Of a DNA stretch of 64,000 nt, positions 46,706-54,175 are shown piece after piece. Both the position numbers and the translations under genes were made by a program. Position 1 is the first letter of the stretch. Every line of letters begins with the position of its first letter. Source of the stretch: Bacillota bacterium. Its GTDB lineage: Bacteria; Bacillota; Sulfobacillia; RBS10-35; Bu92. Below the pieces are notes generated by a model, which had not been told where the DNA came from, did not search any database, and saw only the letters and a program-made list of their open reading frames with translations. The stretch spans positions 16,263 to 80,262 of the forward strand of contig JADBKN010000020.1 of assembly GCA_014896375.1 (NCBI GenBank), given 5' to 3'.

Positions 46706-47545
46706 TCAGAGCGCGGCGTGAGGTCCGAAATAGACTTCAGCCGGTGTTCGATAATCCAGCGACTGGTGCGGCCGATCGTGGTTGTAGAACCGCAGGTAGC
46801 GGGCGATTCCCTGCCGGGCGTCACGCGGCCGATCGTAGTCGTTGAGGTAGACCTCCTCGTACTTCACGCTTCGCCAGAGCCGTTCCGTGAAGACGTTGTC
46901 CAGCGCACGGCCCTTGCCGTCCATGCTGATGCGCACGCCGGCGGCCTCCAGCATGGCGATGTACGACGGACTGGTGAATTGGCTGCCCTGATCGCTGTTC
47001 ATGATCTCCGGTGTGGCCGTTGCGAGCGCCGTCTCGAGCGCCTGCAGCACGAAGCCCGTTTCCAGGCTCTGATCCAGCGCCCAGGCGAGCACGTAGCGCG
47101 AGTACCAGTCCATGATGGCCACGAGGTACATCCACCCGCGTGAAAGCCGGATGTAGGTAATGTCCACGCCCCAAACCTGGTTCGGCGCCTCAATGGCCAG
47201 CCCGCGCAACAGGTAGGGGTAAACCCGGTGGTCATGGCGCCGACGGCTCAGGTTGGGCCCGGGCCGGATCCCGGCGATCCCCATCTCGCGCATATGCCGC
47301 TGGACGGCCTTGCGATCGACCAGAAGCCCCTCGCGCCGGAGCATCGCAGCGATCCTGCGAGAGCCCAAAAACGGCCACGCCGTATGGATTTCGTCAATCC
47401 GGTGCTTTAGCGCCACCTCCTCTGCGGACGGCGGTTTTGGCTTGTAGTACAGGCTGGACCGGTTCAGGCCGAGCAGCCGTGCCTGCGTGGCCAACGGCAG
47501 GTCGCCGTCGGGTTCGACCAGCGCCAGCCGTTCCGCTCTACTCAA
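46706..47545 (-). CDS. IS3-family transposase OrfB (DDE integrase domain)
   Basis: VWGVDITYI...MDWYSRYVLAW...MNSDQGSQFTS...DNVFTERLWRSVKYEEVY...YNHDRPHQSL. Confidence 0.9.
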   Translation of the reverse strand: MSRAERLALVEPDGDLPLATQARLLGLNRSSLYYKPKPPSAEEVALKHRIDEIHTAWPFLGSRRIAAMLRREGLLVDRKAVQRHMREMGIAGIRPGPNLSRRRHDHRVYPYLLRGLAIEAPNQVWGVDITYIRLSRGWMYLVAIMDWYSRYVLAWALDQSLETGFVLQALETALATATPEIMNSDQGSQFTSPSYIAMLEAAGVRISMDGKGRALDNVFTERLWRSVKYEEVYLNDYDRPRDARQGIARYLRFYNHDRPHQSLDYRTPAEVYFGPHAAL

Positions 47546-47826
47546 GTCGGATGCCTTTTTTTCAACCAGGCCAGCTCTGTGCTGAGCCGCCCGATCTCCG
47601 TGTAGAGCTCCTCAACCTGCTTCTCGTGCTCAGCCCGTTCCTCGCGCGCCTTCTTGTCCCCGGAGAACACTTCCGGAAGGCGTTCGAGCAGCGTGCGCCG
47701 CCATTTGTGCACCTGGTTCGGATGAATACCGTGACGCGAAGCGATCTCGGAAACGGACGCCTCCTCACGGAGAACCTCGAGCACGACCTGCGCCTTGAAC
47801 TGGGGGGGTGTACCGCTTTCTCATCA
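47542..47826 (-). pseudogene. IS3-family OrfA (HTH), N-terminus out of frame at a C7 homopolymer
   Basis: MMRKRYT (ATG 47826) is one nt out of frame with PQFKAQVVLEVLREEASVSEIASRHGIHPNQVHKW. The C7 run is at 47802..47808. The slippery A7G at 47555..47562 would fuse OrfA to OrfB by a -1 frameshift. Confidence 0.7.
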
Positions 47827-47894
47827 TGACCCTGTTGTAACACCTTAAATCGGGCCGAAAAATTGTCTAAAAGGAGGCGCACGAGAAGGGGATC

Positions 47895-48668
47895 GTGGAG
47901 AACCTGGTGGGGTACATGCGCCGCAACGTTCTGGTCCCCATGCCGCGGGTGGCGTCGCTGGAAGAGCTGAACGCGTACCTTCGGGCACGGAATCTTGAGG
48001 GCCTGAGGAGGCGCGTCGGCCGCCGAGACGGCACGGCGGGAGAGCTTCTTGAAGGGGAGAGGGCGGCCATGCTTCCCCTGCCCCGGCACCGGATGGAGTG
48101 TTGCCGCACGGTCATGCGGGAGGTGAACACGCTGGGGCTCATCCAGTTCGAGCGCGCTCGGTACTCCGTCCCGGTGGCGCATGTGGGGCGGACCGTGTGC
48201 GTGAAGGCCTTCTGGGACCGGATCGTCATCGTGGACGGAGAGAAGGTCCTGGCCGAACACCCGCGCCTTTACGATGGCGGAGAGTCGCTGCAGGTGGAGC
48301 ACTACCTGCCGCTGCTTGAACGCAAGCCCAGTGCCGTGGTCAACGCCCGCGTCTTCCGCCGCCTGCCGCCGGTCTACCAGGCCTTTCGGCAGCGTTGCCT
48401 TTCCGGGCCCGTACCCAGGCCTCGGGAGTTCCTGGCCGTCTTGCGGTTGCACGAGGTGTTCGCCCAGCCCGTGGTGGAACGCGCGCTTGAGCAGGCGCTG
48501 GAGGCCGGGGTGATACTGGCGGACGCCGTGCGCCAGCTTTGCCTTCGCCAGCTGCCGGACCAGGTTCCGCCCCCGCCGCTGCCCGCGGAGAAGGTGCCGG
48601 CGATGCGGAGCTGGTCGCCTGATCCCGGCCGGTACGACGCCTTGATGGGGAGCGTGGCCGGACGATGA
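47895..48668 (+). pseudogene. istA: IS21 IstA transposase, C-terminal fragment
   Basis: HEKGIVENLVGYMRRNVLVP...FERARYSVP...IVDGEKVLAEHPR matches the part downstream of the IstA catalytic core. The N-terminal HTH and DDE regions are missing. Confidence 0.75.
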
Positions 48669-49422
48669 GCGCCGTGGCTTTGCGGATCGACACGGCCCTC
48701 AAGCAGCTGAAGATGCCCGGCGCCGCCCGGTCCTGGCGGGAACTCCTGCGCGACGCCGAACGATCCGGGATGCCCGCCGACGAGTTCCTCGCCACGCTTC
48801 TTGAGGCGGAGATCCAAAGTCGCCGGGAGAACGTGCTTCGCCAGCGCCTCCGCGAGGCGCGCTTCCCGGTCATCAAGACCCTGGAGACGTACGACTTCAC
48901 CGCCCAGCCGTCGGTCCACAAGGCGCTGGTTCTGGCTCTCGCCAAGGGCACGTTCATCCGCGAGGGCGAGAACGTCTGCCTTGCCGGCAACACCGGCACC
49001 GGTAAAACCCACATCGGCATCGCGCTTGGGGTGGCCGCCATCCAGTCGGGCTTCCGGGTGCGTTATGTGCCGGCGGTGAACCTGGTGAGCGATCTGCTCA
49101 GCGCGGCCGCCGAGAACCAGCTGCCGCGCAGCCTGCGTCAGTGGCGCCGCTTTGACCTGGTGATCTGCGACGACTGGGCTACATCCCCGTATCCCGTGAG
49201 GGAGCTCAGGGCTTCTTTCAATTCGTGGCCGATCGCTATGAGCACGGCAAGAGCCTGCTCGTGACGACGAACCTGCAGTATGCGCGCTGGACGGAGGTGC
49301 TGGGCGATGCGCAAATGACCGTGGCCTTGTTGGACCGCTTTACGCATCGTGTCCACACGGTGGAGTTCACCGGAGAGTCGTACCGCTTCCGCGAGAGCTT
49401 GCGACGCAGGGAGGAAGGCTGA
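48665..49422 (+). pseudogene. istB: IS21 IstB ATPase helper, frameshifted
   Basis: LAGNTGTGKTHIGIALG (Walker A) in ORF 48665..49264. The conserved tail YEHGKSLLVTTNL...LLDRFTHRVHTVEFTGESYR continues in another frame (49225..49422). Confidence 0.8.
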
Positions 49423-49493
49423 GCCGATTCGCTATGCCGGGGTGGCTCCCTTTTTGGTGTCGACACTGGCTCCCTTTTACTTGACGAAACACA

Positions 49494-50082
49494 GATGGAG
49501 CGACGCCTCGAGGGGCTGAAGGCGGCCATTGACGCGGTGCTCCAGGGTGCCAGCTGGCAGCGGTGCCGGGTTCACTTCATGCGCAACATCCTGGCCCAGG
49601 TGCCCAAGAGCGCGCAGCCCATGGTGGCGGCGGCGGTGCGCACGATCTTCACGCAAGCCACACAGGACGAGGCCCGTAACTCAGCTCCGTCACGTGGCCG
49701 ACACGCTTGAGGTGCGATTCCCCAAGGTGGCCAAGCTCCTTCTTGACGCGGAAGACGAGGTTCTCGCGTACATGGTGTTTCCGGCGCGGCACAGCCGGCA
49801 GATTCAATCGACCAATCCCCTGGAGAGGTTGCACAAGGAGCTCAAGCGCCGGGCGCACGTCGTCGGCATCTTTCCGAACCGTGCGTCGGTGTTGCGGCTG
49901 ATGGGGGCGGTGCTCATGGAACAGAACGACGAATGGGCGACTGGCCGAAGACACTTCAGCGCGGAGTCCATGGCGGAGATTGGCCGGAGGGAGGTGAACG
50001 CCTCCATCGCGACGGCCGCGAACTAAGCAGCCGGCGTGGGAACCACGAGGGAGAATTTACACCACGAACAGGGACACGACCC
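49494..50082 (+). mobile_element. IS256-family remnant (3' half only)
   Basis: Transposase C-terminal half split over two frames: GASWQRCRVHFMRNILAQVPK, then FPARHSRQIQSTNPLERLHKELKRR..VVGIFPN..SVLRLMGAVLMEQNDEW. The terminal sequence abuts the truncated clpX. Confidence 0.75.
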
Positions 50083-50494
50083 ATCCAGGATCTTCGCCAA
50101 CGTTTCGGCGAGAAGGGTCTTCCCGCTCCGCGTCGGGCCGACCAGGAGCACATTGCTCTTGTTTATTCCGCCGCCAAGCGCGATCCGCTTCAGATGGAAT
50201 GTACACGGCCACCGACAACACTTTCTTCGCGCGGTCCTGGCCCACGACGTGCTCCGAGAGCTTGGCTATGATGTTCTTAGGTGTAAACGCGGGCATAGCC
50301 GCCGGCTTCGAAGCGGAACTCGTGTCCTTTCTCCTTCGAGACTCAGGCTTAACGCCCAGCTCCTCCTCAATCACCTCGGCGCACATGTCTACGCAAGAAT
50401 CGCAGATGTAGACACCTGGCATGGCGATCAGCATGCCCACCTTGTCCTTCGGCAGCCCACAGAACGAGCATCGCATGCTGCCTGGCCTGCTCAT
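50083..50494 (-). pseudogene. clpX: clpX paralog remnant (zinc-finger N-terminus plus start of the AAA+ domain; frameshifted and truncated)
   Basis: CSFCGLPKDKVGMLIAMPGVYICDSCVDMCAEVIEEE, then [20 protein letters not shown]. The Walker A segment [24 protein letters not shown] is in another frame, and the gene ends at the IS256 junction. Confidence 0.75.
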
Positions 50495-50889
50495 CCCACC
50501 GGGCACAGAACATGCCCGGCACTGAAAAGCGAAAACCCCGGGCGAGAACGCCTGGGGCTGGTTTCGAGGCCTAAAAAAGCATGCACTCACCATGTTATCA
50601 AAAGTGTTAAGGGTTTGCGACCGACGGTAACTGTCTGCCTTTCTGCCTTTTAGTCTGCTGATGGAGTAGAGGCGTGTCAAGTCTGAACATGTGCGCGCGG
50701 GCAGGTACTCACTGCGTCCCATATTACAGCCCATCGCAGTTCTACACACGTGCCGCTAGCTCAGGCCCCGCATGCTTCTCATCTCCGCCAGTCGTTCAAG
50801 AGCGGGGTTGCGCCGCAGGTACTCCTCGATCGCCTCCCCCGGTCGGTCTCGCCCAGCGTCTCGCCGCTGAGGAACGCCTCACGCGCCCC

Positions 50890-51199
50890 CCCGGCGACCC
50901 CCTTCCTCGCCCTGGTGCTGGAGAGCCTCCTGTGGCGCAAGCCGCGCCAGCAGAACCCCGACATCAGCTACGACGACGTGTTTCACGACCTCTCGCAGCT
51001 GCACGCCGTGGCGGTGGAGCTGGACACCGAGGTCTACCTGACCCGCACGGAGCTGGTCGGGCAGGCCTACGAGGCTTTCAAGGCCGTGGGCCTGCGGCCG
51101 CCGGTACGGGCACAGCCGCTGCCACGTCCCGAGACGACCCCACTGGGTAGCTTGCCCGTGGCCCGACTTAAGGTGTCAAAGTCGAGTCAAAGATCATGA
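50890..51199 (+). pseudogene. transposase C-terminal fragment (IS4/IS1634-like, tentative)
   Basis: FLALVLESLLWRKPRQ...VFHDLSQLHAVAVELDTEVYLTRTELVGQAYEAFKAVGL resembles the C-terminal end of IS1634-type DDE transposases. No upstream catalytic region is present. Confidence 0.4.
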
Positions 51200-51272
51200 G
51201 CGCAACAGCTATATGCGCAACACGGATCCACTGCCCGACGCGGTGTATTTGGCGTATTCCCTTAATCGTTCT

Positions 51273-51854
51273 CTAATTCGCTGCCCCGCCGGACAGTGGC
51301 ACCACAGCGAAGACGTAAGGGTAGACAACATGGAACGTCAGGCCCATGTACCGATACGTAACCTCAAGGCGATACACTGCGGGCAACGGCGCCGGAAGCG
51401 ACGATGACTCTCCGTGATACCTAATACTTATAAACCCCCCAATGCGTTCACCAGGCAAAAGCTTTCGAGGTTGTCCTGAATGATCAATGCCATACCTTTC
51501 AATATCCCCTGACGTTGCAGGCAAGCCACCTCCAGACTCTCTTAAAACGACGTCATCGACAACTATCACTTCTTGTCCGTACGGGCTACCAGGCGCAACA
51601 AGCACACGCTCATCCATTAGGGTAGCAGAGAGATGACTCCTATTTATTAGTTCAAAACCTAAGTGGAGGACACTTCCCGACTTAGCGTCAAGCACCGAGC
51701 TCGACCACCCGGACACGTTCACGGGGCCTATTTCGGGGTACGCGGCTACAAGCGCCTGTAGTAGTCGTATAATTAGATAAGCGATTATTACGGCCACAGC
51801 CAGCGTCGCATATATAATCTTTGGCCTGACCCGCAATAGGCCCCGCGGTGACAT
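51273..51854 (-). CDS. orphan single-pass membrane protein with a beta-rich ectodomain, hypothetical
   Basis: Clearly lower GC than the surroundings. TM IIYATLAVAVIIAYLIIRLL, then a ~150-aa domain rich in beta-strand-like segments (VLHLGFELINRS...YRLEVTYRY). Confidence 0.6.
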   Translation of the reverse strand: MSPRGLLRVRPKIIYATLAVAVIIAYLIIRLLQALVAAYPEIGPVNVSGWSSSVLDAKSGSVLHLGFELINRSHLSATLMDERVLVAPGSPYGQEVIVVDDVVLRESGGGLPATSGDIERYGIDHSGQPRKLLPGERIGGFISIRYHGESSSLPAPLPAVYRLEVTYRYMGLTFHVVYPYVFAVVPLSGGAAN

Positions 51855-51928
51855 TCTTTCTTGCCTCCTGACTTTAATTATGTGTCCAGTACCACATCCT
51901 TTGGCCTGTATTACGGTCGTACCCTATG

Positions 51929-53561
51929 TAGTTCCCCCTGAAAAAGTCGGGGCGGCCGGCAGGGGTTTGCAGGGCGTTGGACGGTGCGGTGAGAGACTTT
52001 CCTCCCAGGCGTCTGGCTCTAGACTAACGCCGAGATTCGTTGCAGGTTGTAGGCCCAGACCGAAAGGCCCACCCAGGTCCGTGTGCCTTCGTAGCCCCTT
52101 AACCTCGACCGACGTAGCCCGTACTTGCGCTTGAGAAGGCTGATGCGCGCTTCCGCACCTGCCCGCCACCGTTGCAGCCGACGGAATGTCGCCGTTCGCT
52201 CCCATTGTCGGCGTTCAGCGGATTTGCGACCCGGCTTGGGGATGGCCACCGTGATCCCTAAAGCTCCAAGCGCCCGCTCCCTCTCCCTGTGGTAGTAGCC
52301 GCGATCCGCGGCAGCTTCTTTCGGCCTCACTCCGGTGGCGGCCTCATGGGCGGCGATGCCGTCCTCGATCAGGTGGCTGTCCGGAGGATTCCCACGATAC
52401 ACCTGGTAGCCCGTGATGACGCCGTGGTCCGTCTCCTCAAGCTGCACCTTGTAGCCGAACTCCACAGGCTTGCCCGCCTTGCCTTTGACGATCGGCCGGG
52501 CGTCCGGGTCGAAGAGGCTGACCATGCGCTCCGGAATGCGCATGTCTCCGCCCTGGAGCATGTCAGACTGAATCACGGCGGTCCACAGCCGGTTCGCGTA
52601 GCTCTCCAGCTGGCGAAGCAGCGCCTTGGCCCGGACTCGGGACCGGTCTTCCATCCGGGCAAGCTTCCTCCGCCCGTTGCGGACGACGCGCTGGACCTGG
52701 TGGAGTACCTTCTGGGCGATGTCCGCCACTTGCCCGGTGAGCATGCGGACCTCCTCCCGGGCTTCCCCGGTCCGCCGACGCAGCACCCGAGTAATGGCAT
52801 AAAGCCGCCTCTTCACCGCACGCGTCCGGTCCCGCACCTTCGTCCGCACCGCCACGCCAAGCGCCTTGAGCTGACGTGCGATTCGTGTCACCACCCGGAT
52901 GCCGTCGGCTAAGAGGCTGGCATCGGTGGGGTAATGAATGTCGGATTCGACCACCGTGCTGTCCACCCGCAGCTTCTGGCCGCGGATGACCTTCTTCTCC
53001 CGAGCCATTCCCACCAGGCACCGGTTCAGCTCCTCGATCACCTCAGGCCCGACACGCTTGACCAGTTTGATCAAGGTCGTGGCGTCTGGAACCGGATCAC
53101 TGAGCCCCAGGTGGCAGAAGCGGCGCCACTGAATGCTGTCGGAAACCTCCCGGACCAGGGTTTCGTAGCCAAGGTTGTGCCGGTGCTTGAGGTCGAGCAT
53201 GCGCAGAAACGTGACCACCGGGATCGACGGCCGGCCCCAGCGCGCGTGGAAGACCTTCTTGAAGGGCTCGAGAAAGCGGGGATCACCCAGAAGCTCGTCC
53301 ACCCTGGCCAGCTCTTCCGGTAGCTCAAGCATCTCCGGCGGGAGGACGGTGTCCCAGATCGTCACCTGCCGGCGATCAACCTTCAACATGCCGCCACACC
53401 TCGACAGGACTTGCGGCTGGTCTCTCGAACCATACGGATCAAAGGGATTCCCTCCTGGCATGGTTGGTTTGGACACCCATTCCATTCGCCATGGAGCCGC
53501 GAATCCCTTGCTTTTTGCCCATCTCACGCCCCGACCGCCCCGACTTTTTCAGGGGGAACTA
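51929..53561 (-). mobile_element. IS5-superfamily (IS1182/ISNCY-like) insertion sequence, apparently intact
   Basis: Perfect 24-bp inverted repeats TAGTTCCCCCTGAAAAAGTCGGGG at 51929..51952 and 53538..53561, extendable to ~31 bp with one mismatch. They enclose one transposase gene. Confidence 0.85.
52019..53389 (-). CDS. DDE transposase (DUF772-type N-terminus, IS5 superfamily)
   Basis: GRPSIPVVTFLRMLDLKHRHNLGYETLVREVSDSIQWRRFC...VDSTVVESDIHYPTDASLL...AADRGYY. Start set at ATG 53389, after GAGGTG. Confidence 0.85.
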   Translation of the reverse strand: MLKVDRRQVTIWDTVLPPEMLELPEELARVDELLGDPRFLEPFKKVFHARWGRPSIPVVTFLRMLDLKHRHNLGYETLVREVSDSIQWRRFCHLGLSDPVPDATTLIKLVKRVGPEVIEELNRCLVGMAREKKVIRGQKLRVDSTVVESDIHYPTDASLLADGIRVVTRIARQLKALGVAVRTKVRDRTRAVKRRLYAITRVLRRRTGEAREEVRMLTGQVADIAQKVLHQVQRVVRNGRRKLARMEDRSRVRAKALLRQLESYANRLWTAVIQSDMLQGGDMRIPERMVSLFDPDARPIVKGKAGKPVEFGYKVQLEETDHGVITGYQVYRGNPPDSHLIEDGIAAHEAATGVRPKEAAADRGYYHRERERALGALGITVAIPKPGRKSAERRQWERTATFRRLQRWRAGAEARISLLKRKYGLRRSRLRGYEGTRTWVGLSVWAYNLQRISALV

Positions 53562-53625
53562 AAGAGCTGGAGAATCCGTAGCGCTTTTCTTACCGATTGA
53601 ATACCATTCGCCGAGCGTGCGGCAA

Positions 53626-53980
53626 CACGTGTGAGGGGGTCCAGGGGCATGCCCCGACCAGTGGGAGGCGAGCCAGGCGCTCGGTCCCGGCCGCCCGCCG
53701 CCCGGCGGCGTTTTGGAGACCTCATTCGGCTGTCGGCAACCCTTTTGTTTCCGCTCGTCCTGCTCAGCGGGTGCGCGCGCTCGACGTCGGATCGACGACG
53801 CCCGCCGGTGCCGAACCCGCTGCAGCCGGCACCGCGACGGCGCCGGGCGCGGGCGCGAACGGGGCCGCACTCCTGACGCCCGACGACGTCGTCCCCGCCC
53901 TGCGCGCGAACGGCCTCGACGTCCAGACCGAGGGCGATCCCGCCTTTGACGTCACGTTCCGAACGACCCGCCACACGTTC
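53626..53980 (+). repeat. 355-bp direct repeat, copy 2 (identical by eye to 45563..45917)
   Basis: Same sequence as copy 1, including the lipoprotein signal-peptide region and the GCGCGCGC tract. It diverges after ...CACACGTTC. Confidence 0.9.
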
Positions 53981-54069
53981 GTGACCTGTCTGCGCGGGGG
54001 TTCAAGGTGGTGGGAGTGGACGTGCACCGTTTGGACGGCGACAACGACGGAATCGCGTGCGAGAGATGA
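53981..54069 (+). pseudogene. 3' remnant of an Excalibur (calcium-binding) domain gene
   Basis: The frame ending at TGA 54067 reads ...GFKVVGVDVHRLDGDNDGIACER*. LD-DNDGIACE is the typical C-terminal Excalibur motif, and no matching N-terminus is in frame. Confidence 0.4.
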
Positions 54070-54091
54070 AGCGGCAGCGGCCACGTAACAC

Positions 54092-54133
54092 GGGCGGCGC
54101 GGCGTGTCCTCGCACGGGCACGCCGCGCCGCCC
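54092..54133. terminator. 15-bp perfect GC hairpin between the Excalibur remnant and the glmS 3' end (bidirectional terminator candidate)
   Basis: GGGCGGCGCGGCGTG-12 nt-CACGCCGCGCCGCCC, followed on the plus strand by TCCTCGCTTTCATT. Confidence 0.45.
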
Positions 54134-54175
54134 TCCTCGCTTTCATTCCGATTCCCGAACCTCGTTGGCCTTCGT

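Larger units (their letters stand above)
46664..47868 (-). mobile_element. IS3-family insertion sequence (about 1.2 kb)
   Basis: Imperfect ~28-bp terminal inverted repeats AGACA(C/A)TTTTTCG(G)CCCGATTT(T)AAGGTG at 46664..46691 and 47841..47868, enclosing orfA/orfB with an A7G slippery site. Confidence 0.85.
47869..49493 (+). mobile_element. IS21-family remnant (5' part replaced by the IS3 insertion)
   Basis: A truncated istA and a frameshifted istB. The right end carries duplicated TGGCTCCCTTTT motifs and ends ...GAAACACA. Confidence 0.75.

Noticed and set aside
45500-54100. Prophage or integrative element with an integrase
   Set aside because: No integrase, recombinase (other than IS transposases), phage structural gene or tRNA attachment site is present. 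The island consists only of IS elements, remnants and one orphan gene.
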